Origin: the human T2T-CHM13v2.0 reference genome, Homo sapiens
Length of the DNA stretch: 64,000 nucleotides
NCBI RefSeq assembly: GCF_009914755.1
Contig: NC_060926.1
Strand: one strand, 5' to 3'
This document shows, in pieces, positions 12,831 to 26,241 of this stretch. Below the pieces are notes generated by a model. It did no database searches. It saw only the letters and a list, made by a program, of their open reading frames with translations, and was not told the DNA's origin. How positions within the stretch are numbered: the stretch's first letter is position 1; each line of letters begins with the position of its first letter. The translations under genes were made by a program, and so were the position numbers.

Positions 12831-14959
12831 CTGTGTCTCACTCAGTCTTTCATGGTCAAACTCTCTGGCACCTTCTGCACTTTTCTGGCTCTGTCATGGG
12901 GCCCCTGGAAGCAGGCATGGAGATGGAGGTCACTTGCAGAAGGGGTGTGAGGATGCTGTGTAGACGCTTATGGGGGGCAGTATGGAGGCGGGAGTGAGTG
13001 CTGGTGTGAACAGCAATGTGACCACAACTGAGGTCTCAGGCCACCCCAGGGCGGGCCCTGGAGTTGAGCTGGTCCTTCAAACTTGTCCCTGTGGAGCACG
13101 CAGGGTGGCCCTTCCACCCCAGCACAGCCAGCTATGGGGCATGGGCTCCTCCTGGGAGGAACGCGGCCCTGGAGCCATTTCCCTTGGCCAGGAGCTATTC
13201 CCTTTGAGGGACACAGCAGTGGGCCCTGGGCAGCCCATGTTCTTAGAGGCTGGAAGTGAGGGTGTCAGCTCTAAAAAGGAGGCCTGGGAGAGTACCCCAG
13301 CGTCAGCACAGCCTAGCCCTGCTCACTGGTCCCTGTAACAGCAAAAAGACTCTAAGCTGTACACCTCAAGCCCTACCACTCTCACTGAGCTCCAGACATT
13401 CATGGTCAAAGATGTCCTTGGCATCCCCGCCTGGTGTCTCACAGGCATCTCGATGTAACAGAGCACAAGTCCTAGGAGCGTCCTCCCATCCTCCCCCCGA
13501 CGGCACTCACACAACGTGCTGCTCCTCCAGAGATGGACGAGAGGGAAGTGGTAACGGCAGAGGAGATTTTAGCAAACCCGATGAATTCGAAGAACAGGGA
13601 CTAGCAACCAGCATTACAAGGTGGTTAAGAAACTGGGAGCCATTTTCAAATACTAATTTTGAGAATTTAGGGAATAAGAAAGGAATTCTTGAAAACAGAG
13701 GCTAGAAATGTGAAGGATCTTTCTAACAAAGAGGAATTGTCTGTAGTGAATAGGGCAGTTAGTATGACACACAGAAAGACAGGGCAACAGATCATCAAAT
13801 GATCCATTTGCAATCACCAGGAACCAGGTAAAGACCGGAGGAGAAACCTACTAGAATAGTTGGATTGTGTGTGAATATTTTCTCTTTCTTTATCTCAAAA
13901 CGTGCAGGAAAAAAAGGACGAAGACAAGAGTGAGTGAATTTGCCTTGGGTGTTGAAAGTCGAGCCTGGGGGTCCTCCTGGGGGTCCTGGCCTGTGCCCTG
14001 TCTCCTCCATTGGCTGCCATGGTGGGCGTTGCCCCCGGGCAGTATATCATTCACTTGCTTTTGCCATCACTCCTGTGAAACACCAGGGTGAAACAATTTG
14101 CGTCAGGTAAAAGCCTGTTCTATATTGTTCTTTGAAGCGTGCAAACTTGGGACCACTATTTTTTTGCCAGCTTCCTGAGGAGCGTCACAAGAAACAAACC
14201 CCAGCTTGTAAGGAATGAGCGAGATGAGCCCAGAGCCCCCTCCCGTGTTTGCCCTGTCTGGGACCTTGTGCTCCTCAGCGTGATTAAGATTCTTAGTGTT
14301 TCATGCTCCAGTCCTGCTTTCCTGAGACCAAAATATTCTGCATCCCCTTTAAAACAAGGCATCTCTCTATCGAAGCTCACAGCAGGCTTCTGTGACCAAA
14401 ATTTCAAATGAAGTAAGAACACATTCATTTACTTATTTACAAAACCAAGAAATAGTTTTAAAAGTTTTTATAAAAAGCAGTGCTTAAATGTATCACCCCA
14501 CAATTTACTGGTCAAAGGAAAGTATTGTACGTTTGAAACACTTTAAAAATGTTTCCTTAATCATTTGCCTAAAACTATAAATTCAAAGAAAAAGAGTTAA
14601 CACAATTGTACTGACTTCCTTCTGCAAAGAGCTCATGCACACGATGCAGTGTGTGGTGGGGCATTGAGACTGTAGCCACGTGGTGACCTGGTCCCAGGCA
14701 ATCCCCATTACAGCTGTGTTATCTGATGCCCTGGAGTCTTGATACAATGCAGTTTCTGGGGAAAGGCCTGGCTTCTGTGTTTTTATCAGCACTCAGGCAA
14801 CACTGACGCTGATGACCCCGGACCACACTGAGGATGCTCATTAGGAGAAGAACTAACACCAGGAGCACTCTCAGAACTAAGAAAGCATTGGCCACTCTGC
14901 TGACCACTGCATGGCCTCTCCAGTCTGTGTTGAGGAAAACGAATTCATTATGAACCTTA

Positions 14960-15165
14960 ATACCATGGCTCCAATATCAGCTCTGAACCATGCAGCCTCC
15001 CGCGAGTCGCACAGTGGTGCTTGGGTTAGGTTTCATCATCTGCAAATGCCTGTAATGCTGATCTCCTCTGCAGAGCTGGCTTCATAATCATGAGACAATG
15101 GAGGTAAACTGCCTGATACAGTGCTTGGAAGGCAGCAAGTGCTCAGCCACTGGGTGCTGCTGTGG
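14960..15165 (+). mobile_element. MIR SINE
   Basis: ggtttcatcatctgcaaatg core; acagtgcttggaaggcagcaagtgctcag tail. Confidence 0.65.
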
Positions 15166-15842
15166 CCACGACGAGGAGCATAAGGAGGGTGCTGATGACC
15201 ACGGGGGCCCTGCCAGCTTCACTGTCTCCTGGCTGGGAGCAGAAGCAGATTCCTAATAACCTTGTCTCCCACCTCCTGAGTTGGGAACTAATGAAAAGTA
15301 AAAGTGAAACAGATGGATGAAAACCAACTATTGCTTTATGTTTGATAGAACAGAATTGGAGAGTGACTTGGGATTCCTGATAAACAAGCATCCTAAAAAT
15401 TAAACTTTGGTCCTCCAAGCTGCAAAACTTCCATGTGGGGGAAAAACCTGCCCACTAAGCCTGCTGTATGATCCAGGTGCAAAAACAAAGCTGCCGTAGC
15501 AGGGCTCCTCCACAACACAGAGGGAGAATGAAGCGACAGGCACGCGCTCCGTCCAACAGCTCCACCAGCCAGCCAGGTCACTCCTGCACCTGGAGGGGCT
15601 TTCTGGGAAGACTCCTACGTGCTCCCACTTTACCACTGCATGCAGGGATTTCCACGTGGAAATGTAAGGTGGGGCCCGCAGGCTTCCCCAGCCTGGTCCA
15701 TCTCACTCTCCTCATTGTTCTGTTGTATGTGCTGCTGAAAACTGGGCCACTTTTAAGTGGAAAACTTGCTCAAAGATCTGTTTTAACTGCCAGCTGCTGC
15801 CTCGGGTGAGTTCAAAGTCATTGTTTCATTTAACCTTCAAAA

Positions 15843-16230
15843 AGTTATGAAAACATTACCGCCTCCATTACACAGATAGGAAAAAAGTTATGAAAACATT
15901 ACTGCCTCCATTACACAGATAGGAAAATAGTTATGAAAATATTACTGCCTCCATTACACAGATAGGAAAATAGTTATGAAAACATTACTGCCTCCATTAC
16001 ACAGATAGGAAAATAGTTATGAAAACATTACTGCCTCCATTACACAGATAGGAAAACAGTTATGAAAACATTACTGCCTCCATTACACAGATAGGAAAAT
16101 AGTTATGAAAACATTACTGCCTCCATTACACAGATAGGAAAATAGTTATGAAAACATTACTGCCTCCATTACACAGATAGGAAAATAGTTATGAAAACAT
16201 TACTGCCTCCATTATACAGATAGGAAAATA
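15843..16230 (+). repeat. Minisatellite, 43-bp unit x9, inside a minus-strand MIR
   Basis: Unit agttatgaaaacattactgcctccattacacagataggaaaat; gttatg recurs at 15844, 15887, 15930 ... 16188. Confidence 0.97.
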
Positions 16231-16574
16231 GACTCAGAGGTTTTATGTGTCAGATCCCAGCATAAGAAGGGAGCTGGAGCTCAGAGTAATACGCCCAGTC
16301 ATGCAGTGGATTGTAAGTAGGCAAATGATCATCTGACCTTCAAAATGTGGTGCTATTTCCTGGTATAGACTAGAAATAGAAAACCAGCATTTTGATTTTC
16401 AGTGCAAGTATTTTACTTATAGCACCCTCTTAGCTCCCTCGTGTAGGAAAAACAAGTCCCAAGGTTACCATGAAGTCTGTGTCTTTCTGTTCGTTTGTTC
16501 TGGGGAGTCCGTCCTATGTTGACAAATGAAAGACCTTGAACATTTTTGTCTTTCCTACCTTCTGGCTTTAGATA

Positions 16575-16858
16575 AAAAGCAACCTCCTCAGAGAGTCCCC
16601 TTATAATCGCCCAGTTTAAGATAGGCTTCCTGCAGCTCTGTCATGAACACCTTCCTTTCCTTCATGATATTTGCCACACTTTGTAATTAGATAGTTATTG
16701 ACTTTTCAGGTGTTTAATATCTGCTTCTCTCAGGAGATAATACTTTTTTAAAAGCAGGAGCCATGATTTTAGTTTACTGTGATATACCCATTCTGAAATA
16801 TAAGAGGTACCCAATAATGATTGTCAAACAAATGAATGGATGAGTGGATGAATGAATC
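16575..16858 (+). mobile_element. L2 3' end
   Basis: cctcctcagagagtcccctt...aagcaggagccatg...ends aatgaatggatgagtggatgaatgaat. Confidence 0.7.
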
Positions 16859-17384
16859 AAGAGTTGGCCAATGAGTCAATGCTACAGGTGGCCAGACCCA
16901 GGATCTTCATAAACAACGCAAGGAGTCGAAGAGATCTTTGAAATGCAGCTCAACTGCTGCTTCAGTCTGGGCTTTTCAGGTTTCCGTCATCACGTGCATA
17001 AATCACAGTGATTTTCACTCAGTGTCCTGCCTGCCTGGAAGCCCAGCCCCTTGCTGTGTGTTGTTCAATCAGAAGATCCACCCACTATTCCAGGTCCAAA
17101 AGTCCTACCTCCGTAGCATCTCACAGACTGTTTTCTGTTCGTCATACACAGCAGAGCGTTCAGGGCTTTACCCTGGATCTCCCCTCTGCCTGGCACGCAC
17201 ATCCCCATGCAGCCACGGTGCTTCCTCTTCCCCACAGTGAGTCCCTCACCACCCGGCTGTTAACACTTTTCCCTGCTCCTCCTGACAGGTGATCTGTTGA
17301 TCACTCTCCATCTGCTTTAGTTTCCTCCCTTGCATTGAAATCTTTGTAAAATACAGTAAAGTGTGTTCATTTCGAATGCTATCA

Positions 17385-17517
17385 TGTGAGTGCCTCTACC
17401 AGATGTAAGTGCCACAAGGCCAGTGTTTTTACCAGTTTGTCCCCTGCTATATCTCCAGCACCTAATACAGAGAGCACATAGTAGGTGTTAAATAGATTCG
17501 CTTTTGAATAAATGAAT
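17385..17517 (+). mobile_element. L2 3' end
   Basis: agatgtaagtgccacaagg...ctgctatatctccagcacctaatacag...gcacatagtaggtgttaaata...gaataaatgaat. Confidence 0.8.
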
Positions 17518-17734
17518 TTATAGAACCCCCACAATAAAAATTTCAACAGGGATTAAGGGTTCTCTCACGTTTTTATAAATCCATGAGACAGTGACAGGCA
17601 TAGGAAGGTTCTCGTGCTTCCGTATTGACTCTATTTATAGAAAAAGAAACATTAGAAAGCGAAGTGACAATGAACAGAATGCAACTTTTGCCAAATGTGT
17701 AAACTTAAACTAAAAAGGTCAAAGGCATTTACTT

Positions 17735-17835
17735 TGCCAAATGTTTGTGGTGTGTCTAGCACGTGCCAGGGCCTGGGTGACATGCTGAATAAACTGGTGA
17801 GTGAGATGCCCCTGCCTTTCTGTGGCTCGGTCTTG
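17735..17835 (-). mobile_element. L2 3' fragment
   Basis: caaatgtttgtggtgtgtctagcacgtgccagg...atgcccctgcctttctgtggctc resembles the reverse L2 tail. Confidence 0.5.
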
Positions 17836-17914
17836 TGCGGCATCTAGACTAGGAGGGCGCTGCCAAGGCAAGGCCCCCGCGGGAGTGTCGGGGTGGGGAC
17901 AGCGGGAGAGCTGT

Positions 17915-18206
17915 GCTGTGCAGTTGAGGAAGCTGAGGCTGAGAAGTAGGATGCACCACGTCCAGTCGACGAAAACAGGACGAGCCTGCTGTGCAGTTGA
18001 GGAAGCTGAGGCTGAGAAGTAGGATGCACCACGTCCAGTCGATGAAAACAGGACGAGCCTGCTGTGCAGTTGAGGAAGCTGAGGCTGAGAAGTAGGATGC
18101 ACCACGTCCAGTCGACGAAAACAGAACGAGCCTGCTGTGCAGTTGAGGAAGCTGAGGCTGAGAAGTAGGATGCACCACGTCCAGTCGACGAAAACAGGAC
18201 GAGCCT
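17915..18206 (+). repeat. Minisatellite, 73-bp unit x4, CpG-rich
   Basis: Unit gctgtgcagttgaggaagctgaggctgagaagtaggatgcaccacgtccagtcgacgaaaacaggacgagcct starts at 17915, 17988, 18061, 18134. Confidence 0.97.
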
Positions 18207-18654
18207 CAACATTCCTGATTCCCGAATGACCATGGTTCCACTCGATGTTCAATGAACACGTTCTGTCCTCATGAGGCCCATGCTGAGGGCTAGGCACAAA
18301 ACCACGAGGAAGAAAAGGCCATCCAGGGACTGGAATGCTGCGGAGGAGATGCCTTTGTCCTTGTTTGCCTTCTGGAAGCTCACGGGTCTCCTGTGACAAA
18401 GAAGCCTCCTGATTCCATGTTACGTTCTTGAAGAAAATGTCTGTATTTCACTCCCTTCACTGAGCACCATGCTGAGTCGTCAAATACAGATGTTCTTCCC
18501 AACCTGCATTCTTGCCTCTCTTCTCCATTCTCTGCCCTTGCTCCCAGGAGATCTCAATCACAGTGATGACTTGAATTCTCAGGCTAGCAAACCTTGGAAT
18601 CATGAGCAAACAAACCTCCTTCCACCTTCCACATTTAGCTTATCTACACATCAT

Positions 18655-19205
18655 GGAACTTGTCTCCAGAGTGGGTCCCCAGTGAGCCATGCCTTGTGAT
18701 ATGCACGGCCTTCTGCCATGCCTTCTCCAGAATCTCTGCCCGTCCTATGACTCTCTTTTGATCAACGCAATGCAGTGCAATTGATGCCATCTGACTTGCA
18801 GGACTGGGTTAGAAGATGCCTCTCAGATTCCATATAGGTCTCTTGGAAGATCCGCCCCCGGGAAAGCCAGGCCATGTAAGACCATTGACCACCTTAGGAC
18901 CACCAGGCTTGGAGGAAGCCAAGACACCCACGTGGAGAGGCTGTGCAGGGAGTGAGGGAGGTGCAGCCAACCCTCACCTGGCTCCACTTCAAGGCCCGGG
19001 GGCCAGACCTGAGCACTGGAGCCATCCTGGGCATCAGCCCAGCAGTTGTCAGAAGACTCCAGACACATCTGGCATTTGTCACCAACCACATGAAAACTGT
19101 GAGTGGACCTACCCAGTGAGGGCAGTGGGAGAGCTATGAGAAAGAAGCTCAAGTGGTTTCTGGAGGCCACTGGGTTTTGGGTGGGTTTCCACATGGCAGC
19201 AGCTC
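18655..19205 (+). mobile_element. MLT1-family (F/G/H-type) MaLR LTR
   Basis: ggtccccagtgagccatgcc...ttttgatcaacgcaatgcag...ggtctcttggaa...gccatgtaaga...gccactgggttttgggtgggttt. Confidence 0.7.
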
Positions 19206-21043
19206 CTGGACCTCTCCCCCTGCAGAGCACCCACAGCTGCCCACCCTTGCGTTCCCTCTGCCCCTGCCTTCAGTAAGCCCTCAGGGTCTCTTGCCAGAGC
19301 CACGGAAACAATTTTGTTTTCCCGTCATTGATGTCTTTCACTTCTAATCCAAGATAAATACAGCAGTTATCTTAAAAAATACAGGTGGGATCTTCTCATG
19401 ACTTCAAAATAAGATTTTTGTTGAATAAAATGCAGTAGTAAGGATTTGTGAAAAATAAACCAGAGAAAATGTGTTGCAGTAGAGAAGGAAGGAATCTGTG
19501 GACTCCGTCTGCATGTTGTCCTGGACGTCTCCACCCTCAGGGATCCTGAGGGTCTCTGCAGAATCACCGGGACTTCAGTGGGCATCGTTGGATCAGCAGG
19601 CGGACCGCCGTGTAGGGTCTATGATGGAAGACGTGTGTCACTCCCAAGGAAGCCTGGATACAAAAAGCATCTGTGCCAAGACGCAGCCCTCACTCTGGTA
19701 TTGGGCAGAACACAATCCATGTTGTGAGACCCATGAACAACACGTGACAGGGACTCCCTTTAGAATGCAAATGTTTCCCTAATCCTTATATTCTAAACAG
19801 CATAATACGTTCATTAATTATATTAACTTAACGGAATAAGAAAACCATGACTGGGGTAGGATCATCACAATAAAAACTAACAAAAATTAGGAAACATACT
19901 AGAAATAAGAGCTGCGTCTCCACTAGATAGCAATGAGGAAGCTGCTGAGAGAGGAAGAAACTGGAGACAACCCCCAAAATAATGAGACAGAGCCAGAGTC
20001 GGTAATAGGCGGAACATGGAAAGTGAAAATCTTCAAATGCTTCTCATTTTTTTAATGCATGTCATGATTCTTATGCTTATGTTTGGGGTGTAAAGTTGAT
20101 AGAATGACAAAATATTATATTATATATGTACAAAAACACACATATACTCACATGCCCACACTATATAATGGATATATTTGCTAGTTGTCAGGGTTTTATT
20201 CTATATTTATATTCAATAACATTTTTATATTATTGAATATTATTTATATTTTTATATATAATATTTTATATTCAATAATATTCAATAATAATTTTTGAAC
20301 ATCTATGTCAAACAAAGGCCAAGTGGAGAGTTAAGACAATAGGATGGAATCAAATGAAGGTGGGAAACTGACAGGCTCCTCCAGGCGGTGTGCTCCAAAC
20401 CATCTTAGATATTTAATATGAAGAATTGCTTAAAATTTTTCAAGCATAAGTTGAAGTATATTAATCAATAAAACAACTGAGATAATCCTATTCTACTTGA
20501 AGTCCTAATTGAAGATAACTTAAGCAAAATAATTGGTGCATAAACACTGATATTAATGATTTCTCCAATAATATTATGTGGCTATAACTAAGGTTGAGAT
20601 ATCAAAATCAGTGATTCCAGAAATTCCCAGAGAAACTCTACTCAGATATCCCATAGCCATAAAATCAATTACAAGGATGCCTGTTACAAACATAGAAGGG
20701 TTATAAATGTGGTTATGCCTTGTGCTTGTCAAAATATTTGAAAATTCCTCAAATTTTAAAATCGACAACAAAACAAATTCTGTTAAGGATAGTGCCTTGG
20801 ATACTACCAATCAATATTAAATAATTCCAGTCATTTTGCTTGGATTTTTTTTCAGTGAAACTTGAATTATTATGACAAAAGGAATTTTAAAAATCTAAAT
20901 TTAACAATTATCCATCAAATACCACTTCCTCCCTCCCAGACTAAACTACCACAAGAAAACATCAAGTACATTCTACTTTCTCAACAATAGTTTTATCAAG
21001 GTTGGAACACTGACATTTTCATAATGAGAGGTAAATAGAATAA

Positions 21044-21058
21044 GGCGCCATCTCCTAG
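21044..21058 (-). promoter_or_regulatory. Candidate CTCF motif (reverse orientation)
   Basis: Reverse complement ctaggagatggcgcc resembles the CCASYAGRKGGCRS core. Confidence 0.4.
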
Positions 21059-23104
21059 GAGAACAGTGACGGAATTAAGAGCTCTCTGTATAAATGACAG
21101 CGTGCGCCAGGGCGCATGGTTGCTTCCAGTTTTCCTGCCACCATATTCATTAGGTTAAATATTCAACCATGTGGTTAAGACAAACATTTGAAGATACAGA
21201 ATATCTCTAGCTACTGGTTGGGTTTGCATTTACACTGAAACCTTACGCTACCTCTGAATCACAGCTTCACGCTAACAGGACATTTTCACGTACATTTTTC
21301 AAAGGTGTGAAAACATGTTTGACCTGGCCAAAAAAAATTAGAAAAATGGTGAGAGGACAACCTGTTAGGCAATTTGCTAGGAATAAATAACACTTGTAAT
21401 AATATATTGCTTTAAAAATTACAGAGTGCTTTTACCTACATAAATAGGCACTTAAGAATTCATGCTTACAGTAAATAAATAGTAATCTATGAAAAATGTA
21501 GTCTAAGGTAAAAACTCATAAATATCTCATCTTATTTGGGAGTCATTACCCAAAAGTAATTAAGGGAAAATAAAATTCAGTTTTTGTGTAATGAATATAT
21601 TAAAAATTTATCTCAATGCAGACTACTGAATTAAGTATTTGAATTCTAAAACAAGTTTTCAGAATTAAATGATCATATTTCCATTTTCCATTTTCCGTAA
21701 GAAAAAATTCATCTTAAAACCTGGAGTAGGAGAAGCATGCTGTGCATTTCAGGGTACATCCCTGAGTGCAGCTCAGCCCAGGTTTAACCTCAGTTCCTTA
21801 CTTATTCTTCCCTTGCTAGTGACAAGAGTTAACATCATGATTCGCATTAATACAAGACACAATAATATTAATTTCATAGTGTTAGAAATACTCAAGTATA
21901 CAAAACTGTATGTATGCATTCTCTTTCTAATTATAAATTATTTCAAATGTCCAAACTAACATACATTACCTTTTAAACATACTAACTGTAAAGTGAAAGT
22001 ATTTTTTTTTAATCATAGCTATCTTACGTCACTTACAAGGAAATTTGGTTTGCGGAAATATGACAGAGAAAAGAAATATGTATGTGTGCGAGTGAGGGTG
22101 TGTGCCTGTTTAAGAGAATAAAGGAGACTTAGATGACTGAAAACACCTAACATTCACAAATGAGGGAAATGGAGATCAACCTTAGGAGATTTGCCCAGCT
22201 CGTTACAAAATCTGGGTTAGGATGCCGTTCTTTGCCCCCCATGGTAACAGAGTTTTAGTCTAGATCGCCGGCATGCCTCACTACAATATGATAGTGTTAA
22301 TCGTCAAATTAGCTCAATCAGCTGAGTTTTCTATGAGGAATGGACACTGGTTCCTTTGCGTCTACATTCACAGCCCTGGGAGGGAGTGGTCGCTGCCCTT
22401 GCAAGCTCAGCTTAGGGTAAATCACAAGCCAGCCATGTACACCTTAAAGCTGGGGATGAACGTCATCTGCCTGGGCCTCTGTTTTCTCATAAGTCACGTG
22501 CTGCTTGTAAAATGCATAATGTGATGACTATAACTTAACCTGTTTCAAAAATAGTACTTACCTCTCTGCTTGTCTCTTCTTTCCACTACATTAAGCTTCC
22601 TATTAAGGCCTTTTTTATTTATTTTTATTTTTAAAAATCATTGTAAAGTCAGTACAGGGCTTGTTCTCCATCTCACTCTTTTAAACCTAAATTATTGTGC
22701 CCTGAAGGCCGGCTCTGTACGCTGGTACACTGTGAGGGATGGATGTGAAGCTAAGGGGAGTCATGCTCTTACAAAAATCAAGCTGTTGGTGAAACTCAAA
22801 CAAGAGAAGCTAAAAATTTATAATTAAGGTAACTCTTAAGGTATTACTTGTTCCTATAAAGCAGTTTGTAAATTACGAAAGATGATCCCATGCTCCCCAC
22901 TCCGCACTGTGGATACGAATGTGCGCATTGCACACACGTGTGTGTGTATTATCCTCATCTCTGAACCGTGCAATACCTCGCTCATAGCGACCACCGAAGA
23001 TTCCTACCAGCTGTCCCCATTGAGTGCGCACTGTGTGGTGGGTGTTTTAATCTCAGGAATCCTGCAGACTCCCCCGAAGTCCATTTCCAGTGAACCTGTG
23101 TGTT

Positions 23105-23230
23105 AGACCCACGGCCACCAGGTGGCGATGGCGGTCACCGGGAGGCCGGCGCGGAGGAACCAGCGCCCACAGACCCTTGCTCGGCGGAAGTCAAGGAGGT
23201 GCCCCCCAGCCCGTGGATCGAACTGCCGGA
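23105..23230. promoter_or_regulatory. CpG-rich regulatory element with strong CTCF motif and ETS/GABP motif
   Basis: ggccaccaggtggcga at 23113-23128; cggaagt at 23185-23191; 13 CpGs in ~120 bp of non-repeat DNA. Confidence 0.7.
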
Positions 23231-23302
23231 TTTTCATTTTATAGTGCAACTCTTTTAAACATGATTCCATGTTAAAAATAATTGTGCTTGTAAGTCTTTT
23301 AA

Positions 23303-23919
<617 letters not shown>

Positions 23920-24314
23920 TTTTTTCAAGCTTTCAGGAATTCTCTATTATGAATGCAGTCTTCGTCCTCCCACTTTGCTACTGGAGCCCAGGAGGGGGCT
24001 GCGGTCGCCTGTGATCTCAGTCCCTTCTTGCTCTATCAATGATTGTTTCTGCCACATGAGACCACCCGGGAAGGAAAGGGTTGCTTGGCTGATGCCGGCC
24101 CCGATGGCAGGGAAGCACTGCTGCTCCCCGCACCCCTGACCAGGGAAGGTGAGGTCTTCCTACGCTCTTGTTAAACTGTGCGTCTGTCAGCAGGGCGGCA
24201 CCGTCATCTGGCGATGATGTGCACGTGGACCTGATTATGGCACTGGTGAGATCCCACACTATCCAATGTGACTAGCAATGCCGTGCAGTCAACTGCCTGT
24301 ATCTCCCACTCACT

Positions 24315-24570
24315 TTAAGAGTGTGGGCACCGGCTCCAGACTGTCTGGCTTGGAGTCTGAGTGCTACTTCTTCCTGTATGTGCCATCTTGGACGATGTAT
24401 TTGACCTTTCTGTACCTCGGTTTACTCATCTGTCATGGGAACACTGCAGCCCCTCTCTCCTGGGGACTCTCATGGGGACTCTGCAGGTGGAATGCACTGA
24501 TGGATACGAGGTGCTCAGAGCAGTGGCTGGAACACGGAAGCACCCAGGGCATCAGAGCCACCATCATCAC
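24315..24570 (+). mobile_element. MIR SINE, near full length
   Basis: ttaagagtgtgggc...ccagactgtctgg...ctgtacctcggtttactcatctgt...gtgctcagagcagtggctggaacac. Confidence 0.75.
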
Positions 24571-24978
24571 AGAATGTCTGCCTGTGTCTGGCATTAGACT
24601 ACACGAAGGGGTAGGAAAAAGCCCACCTTCCTCCCTGTAATGGCCGGCGTAGGCACATAACACATGTGTAACACGCTATCATATACAAAGTAATTCATGT
24701 ACAGGGTCCAAGTTCTTAAAGAACTCAAGTCCTCCAAACAAAATAGACGATTTAAAGCTAACAGCCATTACTTGGACATTGTTGTATAGTCTTGGGCCAT
24801 GGGCAAAATTTACCAATGTGTAAGAGTTTAAAGTTGTTCCTCTTCGCTTCTCTGTCACAGAGAACGCTGGGTTGGCCATACAACTTACTGTCCTTCCGCA
24901 TCAGTGGAGGGTTCTGTCTCTGCCAGGCTGGTTCCTGGTGTTTTGTACAGAATTGTGGAACTGGGAGGGAGGATAGGA

Positions 24979-24979
<1 letters not shown>

Positions 24980-25048
<69 letters not shown>
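24980..25048 (+). repeat. Compound (TG)n(AG)n microsatellite
   Basis: Direct reading. Confidence 0.97.
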
Positions 25049-25399
25049 CCAATGAGTAGAAGACAGAACTGGATCCACACAGGGATTTCTATGGGGAGGC
25101 GCAGACAGGGACAGTAGGAGAGAGAGCTTGGGGGCAGTCACACAGGGTGAGGGAATGAATGCAAACTGAGAGAAGCCAGGAGATTGAGGGGTTTTCAGGG
25201 CACGCTGGCTCGCCTGACCTTGTGTTTCCTCCCCAACATTCTGGCACAGTGGGGGATCATCTGACCCATTTCTTTGGGCACAGCATCACTGCCGGATGAA
25301 ACTCTGAAGGCTCAGGCTATGTTGGGTTACCCTGTTTTTCTGTAATCCTAGGATTTAAAGAATTTGATTTGTTTGGGGCTGTTTCAGCATCTTAGAGCC

Positions 25400-26241
25400 T
25401 GTGGGAGGCGGAATAATGCTCTTCTTTCCAGAAAAGAAATCCCTAAAGCGAATCCCTAGAACCTGGGGATAAAGTATGTGAGTATCTTACATGACACAGG
25501 AGACTCTGCAAGTGTCATTAAGTTAAAGTCCGCAGATGGGAAGTGCTATGGTTTGGATCTGTGTCCCGCCCAAATCTCATGTTCAATTGTCATGCCAAGT
25601 GTTGGAGGAGGGGCCTGCTGGGAGGCAATTGGATCATGGGGCCCATTTTCCCCTTGCTGTTCTCACGACACTGAGTTCTCGCAAGACCTGGTTGTTTAAA
25701 AGTGTGTGGCAACTCTCCCTTTTCTCTCTTCCTCCTGCTCTGGCCTTACAAGATGTGCCTAATTCCCCTTTGCCTCCCGCCATGACTGTAAGTTTCCTGA
25801 GGCCTCTTCAGCCATGCTTCCTGTACAGCCTGTGGAACTGTGAGCCAATTAACCCTCTTTTCTTTATAAATTACTTAGTCTCGGGTATTTCATTATCTCA
25901 GTGCAAGAACAGACTAATACAGGAAGATGATCTTGGATAGTGGAGGGCCCAGTGTCAGTCCTCACAAGGGTCTCTGTAAGGGAAAGAGGAAGGCAAGAGG
26001 GTCAGAGAAGTAGACGTGATGGTGAAAGCAGACATTAGCATGTGGCGGGGCCCTGAGCCCTGGAAAGCGGCTGCCGCTGGACACTGGGAAGTACAGGGAA
26101 CAGCCTCTCTTGGAGCCTCCAGGAACACAGCCCTGCAGACCCACTTCAGATACTGACCTCCAAAGCTGTAAGCCAATCATCTGTGATGTTGAAACCACAG
26201 AGTGTATGGCCAATGTTACCGCAGATGTAGGCAACAATACA
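25400..26241 (+). mobile_element. MLT1D MaLR LTR, interrupted by MSTA
   Basis: tgtgggaggcggaataatg start and ...aataca end; halves 25400-25543 and 25922-26241 are collinear with MLT1D; flanks gagcc/gaggc. Confidence 0.85.
25544..25921 (+). mobile_element. MSTA solo LTR nested in MLT1D
   Basis: tgctatggtttggatctgtgtccc...gaacagactaataca with 5-bp TSD ggaag on both sides. Confidence 0.93.

Noticed and set aside
15843-16230. CRISPR-like array
   Set aside because: Units are contiguous with no unique spacers, there are no cas genes, and the context is primate DNA; it is a minisatellite
17846-17864. CTCF motif gactaggagggcgctg
   Set aside because: Only the 3' half fits; spacing to the 5' half is off by one
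17719-18399. 226-aa minus-strand ORF and overlapping ORFs
   Set aside because: Produced by the stop-poor 73-bp repeat cycling through reading frames; no domain, non-ATG start
19367-19653. Minus-strand terminal exon after gctttttgtatccag
   Set aside because: No convincing donor or minus-strand poly(A) signal nearby; peptides unrecognisable
20300-21000. Possible hAT transposase relic or mitochondrial insertion in AT-rich, C/A-rich DNA
   Set aside because: I could not match any transposase motif or mitochondrial sequence; needs a Dfam/BLAST search
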